A stretch of 64,000 bases of DNA, from NCBI GenBank assembly GCA_041750285.1, contig JBGSZS010000004.1, positions 256,001 to 320,000 on the forward strand. Direction: 5' to 3'. The first letter of the stretch is position 1. Every line of letters begins with the position of its first letter. A program made the translations under genes and the position numbers. The notes beneath the pieces are model-generated. The model did not search any database. It was not told the origin of the DNA and saw nothing but the letters and a program-made list of their open reading frames with translations. The DNA comes from Candidatus Fermentibacteraceae bacterium (GTDB taxonomy: Bacteria; Fermentibacterota; Fermentibacteria; Fermentibacterales; JCC-6). Below are positions 56,444 to 64,000 of this stretch, piece after piece.

Positions 56444-57946
56444 TTGACAACGAAAAGTATGGTTCACATCTCATGGGTGTTTCCCGTTCTGCTCACGGCC
56501 CTGCTTGGCTTGTCGGTCCTTGGGCAGGAACCATTCCTTGGGGCGCAGGATGATGCCTTCTTCTACTTCCGCATTGCCGGGAACGTCGTGCAGAGAGGCT
56601 TCTTCTCCTTCGACGGACTGACGCCGACGAACGGTTTCCACCCGCTCTGGATGGGTCTTCTCGCAGCGCTTCGATACCTTTGTCCCGATCCTCTTGGTTA
56701 CCTGTCCCTTGCGGCTGTTCTTTCCATCATGCTTCTGGGTCTTTGCGGCGCACGATTCGCTGTTTTTGCGCGTGGGAGGTATTCAGCGCCAGTGCAGCTT
56801 GTCATCCTTCTGCTGCTCCTTCGTTACTTGAGGGATTTTTCGCTCATGTGCATGGAGACATCCGTCCTGCTGCCCGCAGCGTTCCTGCTTCTGATCTCGT
56901 TCGACCGTCTGAAGGGGGATTCTGGCAGCGGGCGGTTGTGGACCCTGGGCGTTCTTGTCGCCCTCACGACGGCATCAAGGCTTGATTCAGCACTGTTGTG
57001 CGCAATTCTCGCCGTTTCGGCAGTTGCAACATGCGGCAGAAGGGCTTTGTTGCCCATTCTGCTGCCGGGTGCTGTCCTGCTTCTGGGATACGCTGCTCTG
57101 AACCATTCCTTCATGGGAACGCCGGCTACAGTATCGGGAATGATGAAGGCGTCGGGATTCGGCTTCAACCGGCTCTTCGCGGCGCAGCTCTTTCAACCAG
57201 TAGACCCCCTTGGTGTACGGAACCCCTGGGCGCTCTATCTTCTCTTCCTGCTGCTTGCCTTTCCGGTGTCATTCATGAGAACCATGCCTTCCACGGCCAG
57301 GGTTTCAGGCGTGTTCCTCATATCATTCACCATGTGTCAGCTCTTTCTGTCCCAGTGGCGACTCTGGCACTGGTACGCCTACCCGGCTGTTCTCTTCACT
57401 GCGTTTGGATTGCCCCATATACTGCAAGGCATCTACAGCAGGGTCGTGCATTCAGACGGAATCGAGGCTGGCCTGACGGCCGTACTTCTCGTTGTTCTTT
57501 GCGGCGCGTGCATTTTATGGGGGGGGGGGTATGGTAATGTTGGTTCGGATGACTTCCGGCACAGGAACATGCTGATTGCACTCGAACTGAACGAAACCCT
57601 CCCGGACACAACTGTTGTTGCAATGGGAGACAGGGCCGGCAGCTTCGCGTACTTCTTCCACGGACATGTGGTTCAGGCCGAGGGACTGGCGGGCGGTACC
57701 CAACTCGTTTCCGCAGTCAGGTCGGGAACACTGCATCGTTATCTTCACCGGATGGGAACCGACTACATCCTGAGCTGGACGGGACCTCACCTGGTTGATA
57801 CCTACGATCTTTGGACCCTCGCGATTCCGGACGGGGCGCAGTGCACGGCATTCAACAACACGATCACTGTTCAGGGCACCGACGAGGTCGCCCGCTGGCC
57901 TGGCAACGAAGAGTCGGCCTTCCTCTGGAGCTTCAGTGAGAACTGA
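56444..57946 (+). CDS. Multi-pass membrane protein, GT-C glycosyltransferase-like
   Basis: DDAFFYFRIA.N, FDG..PTNGFHPLW, MET, RLD; start TTG 56444 or ATG 56459. Confidence 0.7.
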   Translation: MTTKSMVHISWVFPVLLTALLGLSVLGQEPFLGAQDDAFFYFRIAGNVVQRGFFSFDGLTPTNGFHPLWMGLLAALRYLCPDPLGYLSLAAVLSIMLLGLCGARFAVFARGRYSAPVQLVILLLLLRYLRDFSLMCMETSVLLPAAFLLLISFDRLKGDSGSGRLWTLGVLVALTTASRLDSALLCAILAVSAVATCGRRALLPILLPGAVLLLGYAALNHSFMGTPATVSGMMKASGFGFNRLFAAQLFQPVDPLGVRNPWALYLLFLLLAFPVSFMRTMPSTARVSGVFLISFTMCQLFLSQWRLWHWYAYPAVLFTAFGLPHILQGIYSRVVHSDGIEAGLTAVLLVVLCGACILWGGGYGNVGSDDFRHRNMLIALELNETLPDTTVVAMGDRAGSFAYFFHGHVVQAEGLAGGTQLVSAVRSGTLHRYLHRMGTDYILSWTGPHLVDTYDLWTLAIPDGAQCTAFNNTITVQGTDEVARWPGNEESAFLWSFSEN

Positions 57947-59141
57947 GTGGTTTCGTCCGCTTCTTGTGTGCGTCCTTCTTGCTCCCGCCCTGCTTCTCTT
58001 CGCCGACACCCTTTCGTACGGCTTCATGTCCGACGATTTCTATCTTGTTCACAGGGTCTCGAGCGGGGGGTTCTTCTGCGCGTGGGGCGGAGAGGGCGCC
58101 GACATGTATGTAAGACCTCTCACCGTCCTCACATACTTCACCGACAACATGATCTACGGCCTCAACCCTTTGGGCTGGCACCTGACCAACGTGCTCTGGC
58201 ACCTTGCGTGTTCGTTGCTCGTATTCCTGCTGGCCAGGGTTTTGCTGAAGGACGGCACGGCGGCATTCAGCGCCGGTTACCTGTTCCTCCTGCTTGCGTG
58301 CCACTCCGAATCGGTGGCCTGGGTGTCGGGCAGGACCGATCTTCTGGCAACGGCGTTCTGCCTGGGGTCGATCCTTGCCTTTTTGCGGAAGAGCCCGTGG
58401 GCGCCCGTTCTTTATGCTTTCGGCCTGCTTGCGAAGGAAAGTGTTCTGGTAACACCCCTTCTGTGGCTCGTTCTCGTCGTGAAAACACCGGACTGGGATT
58501 CCCGGGCGAAACGCCTCGTTGTGACCGGCCTTGCTTTGGCCCTTGTTTACATCGTTGTCAGGATCGTTCTGTCCGGGGGAGTGCCTTCCGGTGCAGGCGA
58601 GGTCTCATTCTCCGTGGCGGCCGAAAGCATTGCGCGGTACATGTTCAGGGTGTTCGTTCCGCCGCTCTCCGAGGCAGCCCGGCCCTTCCTTGCCCGGAAC
58701 CCCCTTGCGCTGCCGCTTCTTCTGCTCGTCACGACTGCGGTCACACTGCTCTTCGCCCTTCGCAGGAGCTTCGACCGAAGGACGTTCGCCGTCCTGGCCG
58801 CGGGGTTCTTCGTGTCACTCCTGCCGGTTCTCTTCATGAGGGTGTCGTTGCTCGACACGCGTTCGGAACGGTTTCTCTACCTGCCCGGGGTTTTTGCGGT
58901 CATGGCCCTTGTGAACTGGGTCGTCCAGGTCTTCGGGAAACGGACCGCCCTGGTCGTGCTGACTGCCCTGGCGCTCCTTCAGGGAGCCTTCCTCCACCGT
59001 TCCAACACGAACTGGAGAAGGGCGGGCGAAATGTGCGCGGAGCTTATCCGCGAACCGGTCGCCTCCCCGCCCGAAACCTTCCGGGGCGCGTACGTGTTCA
59101 TGAACGGTTACGAAGAGGCGCTTCTGCTGTTCGGGGAGTGA
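57936..59141 (+). CDS. GT-C (TMTC/PMT-like) membrane glycosyltransferase
   Basis: SDD, YVRPL, HLTNVLWH, HSESVAWVSGRTD, AKES, ERFLYLP. Confidence 0.78.
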   Translation: MRTEWFRPLLVCVLLAPALLLFADTLSYGFMSDDFYLVHRVSSGGFFCAWGGEGADMYVRPLTVLTYFTDNMIYGLNPLGWHLTNVLWHLACSLLVFLLARVLLKDGTAAFSAGYLFLLLACHSESVAWVSGRTDLLATAFCLGSILAFLRKSPWAPVLYAFGLLAKESVLVTPLLWLVLVVKTPDWDSRAKRLVVTGLALALVYIVVRIVLSGGVPSGAGEVSFSVAAESIARYMFRVFVPPLSEAARPFLARNPLALPLLLLVTTAVTLLFALRRSFDRRTFAVLAAGFFVSLLPVLFMRVSLLDTRSERFLYLPGVFAVMALVNWVVQVFGKRTALVVLTALALLQGAFLHRSNTNWRRAGEMCAELIREPVASPPETFRGAYVFMNGYEEALLLFGE

Positions 59142-59153
59142 CGGGACCCTGAC

Positions 59154-59633
59154 TCAGTTCACATCGCCCAGATAGACAGTTCCCTTGGGCAGAGGCTTTG
59201 CGAGCAATGTTCTCAGTGGTGAAGGGTAGAGCCTGTACTGCGCGAGGGTGGCCAGGGGAAGCCAGGCCACGCCGTCCTGATACGAGTCGGGGTTCTCCCC
59301 CATGCCCGGGGTCGCGCCCCGGGGAAGCTTGCACTTGAACATCAGTTCGATCTGGTGGGCTTCGCCGTCGGTCTTTGCGAACTCGTGGTGCGCTGCGATG
59401 TAATCCCTTACGAAGAGGAGCCGGCCCATCACCACACCGGTTCCGACCTCTTCCAGGCACTCCCTTTGCAGGGCCTGTTCAATTGTCTCGCCGTGGGACT
59501 GACCGCCCCCGGGAAGCATGTACCAGTCACCCAGGTCATCATGGTTCCTCACGAGAAGGACCTGCCCCCTTCTCATGATGACGGCCTTTACGGAAACCCT
59601 GACTGGCCTGGGACCCTGGCTGAAAGGCTTCAC
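59154..59633 (-). CDS. NUDIX hydrolase
   Basis: LPGGGQSHGET...ALQRECLEEVG Nudix box. Confidence 0.9.
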   Translation of the reverse strand: MKPFSQGPRPVRVSVKAVIMRRGQVLLVRNHDDLGDWYMLPGGGQSHGETIEQALQRECLEEVGTGVVMGRLLFVRDYIAAHHEFAKTDGEAHQIELMFKCKLPRGATPGMGENPDSYQDGVAWLPLATLAQYRLYPSPLRTLLAKPLPKGTVYLGDVN

Positions 59634-61756
59634 TTCTCCCGTTCCCCGGTGTCTTCGAAGAGGTCTGGCATTTCGTACTTCTCCACGATGCTTCTCAGCC
59701 TTCTGTTAAGCTCGGTTGCCTTCTCCTCGATCTCCTCGAGGCTCATGGGGGGTTTTGCCGGTTCAGGTTCGGTTTCGGGTTCGGATTCGGCTCTGGGTTC
59801 AGGTTCAGGTTCGGCTTCAGGTTCGGCTTCGGGTGCGGGTTCGGGCTTCTCTTCCGACACCGTCTCGAGCAGCTTGATGCTCGCGATGGTCCGGCTGCCG
59901 CAGAGCCTTACGCCCCTTGCCTTCACCCCCTTTTCGGGGATGTCCGCCGAGGCCGTCTGACCCTTCCGGGTCTTCATGCGCTTCTTCCTCTCGAACCAGT
60001 ACTCGAGCGTGAAGTCGGTGAGGGGGGTGAAGACCAGCACTTCGGATCCCTCGGGGACGAAGCGGTACTCCCGGTCCAGTATGAAACCGCCGATGCCGAA
60101 GCGCTTGACGTAGGGTATCCTGTCGGTGCCGTCGCGGTAGACGCAGGTGAAGGGCATGTCCTTGTCGGCGGGGCCGCACCAGAGGACCCTGCCGTCGACC
60201 AGGAACTTCTCCTGAACGGGCATCACCCTGTATGTGCCGTCATCGAGGAAGTAGAGGATGCGGTCGTACTCGGAGGCGTGCCACGATACGCCCCCCTTCA
60301 CAGCGGTACCAACGAACCCCGTCTCTTTGTCGTAGCCCACCCTGAGGTTGGCAATGGCTATCTCGCGGCGCTGAATGCCGCTGAAACCCTCGATCGCGGT
60401 CTTCCTGGGGAAGAGCTTGCCGTACTTCTTCAGAATCTCTCCCAGAACCTCGGTCGCGTATTCCCTGATATTACCGAGCCTCTTCTTCGCAAGGCGCATG
60501 CGGCCTTTGATGTCGTCCATCTCTTTTCGGTGCGCCTCGATGTCGAAACGGCTTATCCTGCGGATCTTGAGCGCCAGGAGCCGCTCGATGTCATCGGCGG
60601 TGACCTCCCTGGGGTAATCGGTGAGGAACGGAAGGAGGCCCTGACCCACGGCGTCCCTGACCTCTTCGAGAGTGGGACACTCCTCTATCATCTTGTAAAG
60701 CCTGTTCTCGATGAATATCTGCTCGAGGGTCATCCAGTGAAGCGTGTCGCCGAGGTTGCTTATCTCGAGCTGAAGCTCGAGCCGGAGCACGTGGAGGAGG
60801 CGGTCCGCGCAGTAGCGCACGAGGCCCGAGACGCTCGTCTCGAGTGGAACGCCCTCCTGTATCACAAGCATGTTGGAGGTGTGGGTGACCTCGCACTCGG
60901 TGTGGGCGTAGAGCTGTCTGAGGGTCTCCTCGGCGCTGACGCCGCGGGCGGGGGTGACCTCGATCTCGACGTTCTCGGTGGTGTAGTCGTCTATGCTCGT
61001 GATCTTGAGGCGGCCCTTGCGGGTGGCGTTCTCTATCGAGGCCATGAGGGTCTCGGTGGTGGTCCCGTAGGGGATCTCGCTTATGACGAGCTTCTTCCCG
61101 CCGCGGGGCTCAATCCTGGCCCTGTTGCGTATCCTGCCGTTGCCGTCTTCGTACGCCGAGACATCGATGGCGCCGCCCTGGGGGAAATCCGGCAGAAGGT
61201 GGAAGGGCTCGCCCCTTATGCAGGCGATCTGGGCCTGTATCACCTCGTTGAAGTTGTGGGGAAGGATTCGGGTGGACATTCCCACTGCAATTCCGTCCGC
61301 CCCCAGCAGAAGAAGTACGGGTATCTTGGCGGGGAAGAGAACGGGCTCACGGTTCCTGCCGTCGTAGCTTGGGACGAACTCGGTTATGGCCGGGTTGAAC
61401 AGCGTGTCGCGGGCGAGCTGCGTGAGCCTGCACTCGATGTAACGTGATGCCGAGGCTTCGTCGCCCGTAAGGATGTTGCCGAAGTTGCCCTGTCCCTCGA
61501 TGAAGTATCCCCGGTTGGCAAGGGCCACGAGGGCCGCCCCGATGGACTGGTCGCCGTGGGGGTGGTAGCGCATGCAGTGGCCTATCACGTTGGCCACCTT
61601 GTTGAAGCGGCCGTCGTCCATCTCAAGCATTGCCCAGAGTATCCTGCGCTGCACTGGCTTCAGGCCGTCGGCAGCGTCGGGGATGGCCCGCTCCTTTATC
61701 ACGTAGGTGGCGTACTCCATGAAGTTCTCGCGGTAAAGCCCGCGCAGACCGGTCAT
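59630..61756 (-). CDS. parC: DNA topoisomerase IV subunit A
   Basis: YATYVIKERAIP...DGLKPVQRRIL, YHPHGD, ASRY (catalytic Tyr), GIAVG, PDFP; no GyrA box seen. Confidence 0.9.
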   Translation of the reverse strand: MTGLRGLYRENFMEYATYVIKERAIPDAADGLKPVQRRILWAMLEMDDGRFNKVANVIGHCMRYHPHGDQSIGAALVALANRGYFIEGQGNFGNILTGDEASASRYIECRLTQLARDTLFNPAITEFVPSYDGRNREPVLFPAKIPVLLLLGADGIAVGMSTRILPHNFNEVIQAQIACIRGEPFHLLPDFPQGGAIDVSAYEDGNGRIRNRARIEPRGGKKLVISEIPYGTTTETLMASIENATRKGRLKITSIDDYTTENVEIEVTPARGVSAEETLRQLYAHTECEVTHTSNMLVIQEGVPLETSVSGLVRYCADRLLHVLRLELQLEISNLGDTLHWMTLEQIFIENRLYKMIEECPTLEEVRDAVGQGLLPFLTDYPREVTADDIERLLALKIRRISRFDIEAHRKEMDDIKGRMRLAKKRLGNIREYATEVLGEILKKYGKLFPRKTAIEGFSGIQRREIAIANLRVGYDKETGFVGTAVKGGVSWHASEYDRILYFLDDGTYRVMPVQEKFLVDGRVLWCGPADKDMPFTCVYRDGTDRIPYVKRFGIGGFILDREYRFVPEGSEVLVFTPLTDFTLEYWFERKKRMKTRKGQTASADIPEKGVKARGVRLCGSRTIASIKLLETVSEEKPEPAPEAEPEAEPEPEPRAESEPETEPEPAKPPMSLEEIEEKATELNRRLRSIVEKYEMPDLFEDTGEREK
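59760..59850 (-). repeat. Degenerate hexamer tandem repeat encoding a Glu/Pro-rich linker in ParC
   Basis: GGTTCA/GGTTCG/GCTTCA-type units on the + strand; translates as EKPEPAPEAEPEAEPEPEPRAESEPETEPEP. Confidence 0.7.
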
Positions 61757-63561
61757 TTCAGGTTCTCCATTATGAAGGTGCGCCGCTCGGGCGTGTTGCT
61801 GCCCATGTAGAAGTCAAGGATCTCGGGTACCTCGCGAAGCCTGTCAATCCTCACCTGGGTGAGCCTTATGTCGGGCCCGATGAACTGGCCGAACTCCTTC
61901 GGGCTTATCTCGCCAAGGCCCTTGAACCTCGTGATCTCGGGCTTCCTGCCGAGCCGCAGCGCCTCGCGGTCGAGCTCGGACTGGCTGTAGCAGTAAACGG
62001 TCTCCTTTTTGTTCCTGACCCTGAAAAGGGGAGTCTCGAGGATGTAGAGGTGCCCGTTGAGCGCAAGGTCCTCGAAGAAGTGCAGGAATAGCGTCATCAG
62101 CAGGTTCCGTATGTGCATGCCGTCAACATCGGCATCGGTGGCCAGAACGACCCGGTTGAACCGCAGCCCCTCCACCCCGCCCTCGATGTTGAGGGCCCGC
62201 ATGATGTTGTAGATCTCCTTGTTGCTGTAGACGGCCTCGCGCTTGAGCCCGAACACGTTCTGGGGCTTGCCCCGCAGGGCGAAGATGGCCTGGGTGTGAA
62301 CGTCCCGGCTGGACACCAGGCTTCCCGCCGCGCTCAGCCCCTCGGTGAGGAAGATCGTCGATTCCTCATCCCGTTCATGGCCGTCCCCCAGATGTATCTT
62401 GCAGTCCTTCAGGTTGGGGATACGGATGGCGGTCTGCTTCTCCCGTTCGCGGGCCTTCTTCTTCACCGTGAGCAGCTCGGTGCGGAGCTTCTGGTTGGCC
62501 TGGATCTTTGCCACGATGCGGTCGGCGAGCTTCTGGTCGCGGTGGAGAACCTGCTCGATCTCGGACTGCACCCTTGCAACGATGTCGCGCCTGATGTCGG
62601 TGTTGCCGAGCTTGTTCTTGGTCTGGCTTTCGAAGACGGGGTCTTTGAGGCGCACCGATACCGCGGCCACAAGGCCGTCGCGAACGTCCTCGGCCACGAA
62701 ACCCTTGCCGCTGTATGCGTTCATGCCCTTCAGAACGCCCTCTTTGAACGCCGAGAGGTGGCTGCCGCCGGCGCTGGTGTACTGGCCGTTGGCGAAGGAG
62801 AAGTATTTCTCGCCGTAAGAGTTGGTGTGGGTGAACGCGAACTCCAGCGTGGTGTTGCGGTAGTACACGGCGTCGTAGATGGCCTCGTCACCCGTTTCGT
62901 CGTTCAGAAGGTCCCGCAGGCCGTCATCCGAACGGAACACCATGTCGTTGAACATCATCTTGAGCCCCGAGTTCAGGAACGCGTAGTGCTGCATGCGCCT
63001 CTCGATGAACTCGCTCCGGAACTGGTACTCGCCGAAGATCTCGCGGTCGGGCGTGAACTCGACAAGCGTGCCGTTCTTCTCCGTGGTTTCCCCGGTATCG
63101 TCGGACACGAGACGTCCCTGTGAGAACACGGCCTGCCTGAACCTGCCGTCGCGGTACGAGCAGACCCTGAAGCTCTCGGAGAGGGCATTCACCGCCTTGG
63201 TGCCCACACCGTTCAGCCCCACGCTGAACACGAAGACCTCGGTGTTGTACTTGGCGCCAGTGTTTATCTCGCTGACGCATTCCACAAGCTTGCCCAGCGG
63301 AATCCCCCGGCCCCAGTCCCTGACCGTTATCGTTGAGTCCTGAAGCTTCACCCTTATCCGGCTTCCGCACCCCATGATGAACTCGTCGACGGAGTTGTCC
63401 ACCACTTCCTTCAGAAGGATGTAGATGCCGTCGTCGATGTTCGAGCCGTCGCCGAGACGGCCGATGTACATCCCGGTTCTCAGACGGATGTGCTCGATGG
63501 ATGAAAGGGTCTTCACCTTGCTTTCATCGTAGATGCCGGGACTTTCAACTGGACCTGTCAA
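61753..63561 (-). CDS. parE: DNA topoisomerase IV subunit B
   Basis: EHIRLRTGMYIG, EVVDNSVDE, GLNGVG, FESQTK, TEGLSA, LRGK, TDADVDG, RFKGLGE. TTG start after GGAGG. Confidence 0.92.
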   Translation of the reverse strand: MTGPVESPGIYDESKVKTLSSIEHIRLRTGMYIGRLGDGSNIDDGIYILLKEVVDNSVDEFIMGCGSRIRVKLQDSTITVRDWGRGIPLGKLVECVSEINTGAKYNTEVFVFSVGLNGVGTKAVNALSESFRVCSYRDGRFRQAVFSQGRLVSDDTGETTEKNGTLVEFTPDREIFGEYQFRSEFIERRMQHYAFLNSGLKMMFNDMVFRSDDGLRDLLNDETGDEAIYDAVYYRNTTLEFAFTHTNSYGEKYFSFANGQYTSAGGSHLSAFKEGVLKGMNAYSGKGFVAEDVRDGLVAAVSVRLKDPVFESQTKNKLGNTDIRRDIVARVQSEIEQVLHRDQKLADRIVAKIQANQKLRTELLTVKKKAREREKQTAIRIPNLKDCKIHLGDGHERDEESTIFLTEGLSAAGSLVSSRDVHTQAIFALRGKPQNVFGLKREAVYSNKEIYNIMRALNIEGGVEGLRFNRVVLATDADVDGMHIRNLLMTLFLHFFEDLALNGHLYILETPLFRVRNKKETVYCYSQSELDREALRLGRKPEITRFKGLGEISPKEFGQFIGPDIRLTQVRIDRLREVPEILDFYMGSNTPERRTFIMENLK

Positions 63562-63568
63562 GACCCCT

Positions 63569-63615
63569 CCACAAGATATGGATGCAACACGGGGAAATGG
63601 CACAACATGTCGATA
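63569..63615. promoter_or_regulatory. Tandem NrdR-box-like sites upstream of parE
   Basis: CCACAAGATATGGATG (63569) and GCACAACATGTCGATA (63600), 31 bp apart; both fit acaCwAtATaTwGtgt. Confidence 0.55.
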
Positions 63616-63670
63616 CCCATTCCCCGAATCGCTTCAACACACCAAGTATACACCATGCAAACCCTCCAGA

Positions 63671-63686
63671 CCACCATATGTGGTGT
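63671..63686. promoter_or_regulatory. NrdR-box-like site
   Basis: CCACCATATGTGGTGT, a close match to the NrdR consensus. Confidence 0.55.
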
Positions 63687-63769
63687 GAAGCAGCGGCTTT
63701 TCCGCGGGGCGAAAATGCCTTATGCTTGATGAGCTCAACGCTCAAAAACCAACCCGAGGGGGATGACCG

Positions 63770-64000
63770 ATGAAATCACCAGGCGGCGGAGGCAAGAACC
63801 CGGGCATTCAGAAGCAGCCCATGAAACCCCAGCAGAAACCTTCCCGGCCCACGCAGGAGAAACCTGCCTACACCCCTTCTCCCAAGCAGCAGTACCGCGA
63901 AGCCCAGAAACCCGCGCGCAAGCCCGAGATGAAACCGGACAGAAAACCCGAGCGCAGCCCTGAGGACAGGAAGCGCATCGCCATGCTCGACCGGCTGAAG
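63770..64000 (+). CDS. Hypothetical protein, Pro/Lys/Gln-rich N-terminus; runs off the window
   Basis: GAGGGGG RBS; MKSPGGGGKNPGIQKQPMKPQQKP...RKRIAMLDRLK, open to the window end. Confidence 0.6.
   Translation, partial: MKSPGGGGKNPGIQKQPMKPQQKPSRPTQEKPAYTPSPKQQYREAQKPARKPEMKPDRKPERSPEDRKRIAMLDRLK

Noticed and set aside
59760..59850. Possible CRISPR-like repeat
   Set aside because: Short in-frame hexamers inside parC with no spacers and no cas genes.
1..64000. Stop-codon recoding (Sec/Pyl) or programmed frameshifts
   Set aside because: Recognisable genes appear full length with normal C-termini; no split homologs were seen by eye.

Overview
Gene-dense, GC-rich bacterial chromosome segment with about 65 CDS and one tRNA-Thr(CGT). 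It has no CRISPR array, rRNA or recognisable transposase/integrase. The gene content suggests an anaerobic, peptide-fermenting diderm of the FCB group. The secreted FG-GAP protein starting AESATQTDWSGGPG and the three proteins with a shared sorting-type C-terminal domain resemble Candidatus Fermentibacterota (inference from memory, no search run). Housekeeping genes: pilM (partial), glgC, glmM-glmS, pepD, pepT, pyrBI, yebC-ruvCAB-queH, hutU, purC, parE-parC. Most notable: (1) an intact aconitase/LeuC-family gene that has lost all three Fe-S cysteines and the catalytic motifs; (2) a coupled buk-ptb-Na+ symporter-2-oxoacid:ferredoxin oxidoreductase-cysC-MFS operon whose kinase and transacylase have altered active-site motifs; (3) a YchF-like protein with degenerate nucleotide motifs; (4) three coupled Zn-ribbon genes; (5) probable CTG start codons; (6) NrdR-box-like sites over the parE start; (7) a small cassette-like island with vapBC and a nucleotidyltransferase. 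All family calls come from motif recognition by eye. Many start codons were re-picked from RBS and stop/start overlap evidence.
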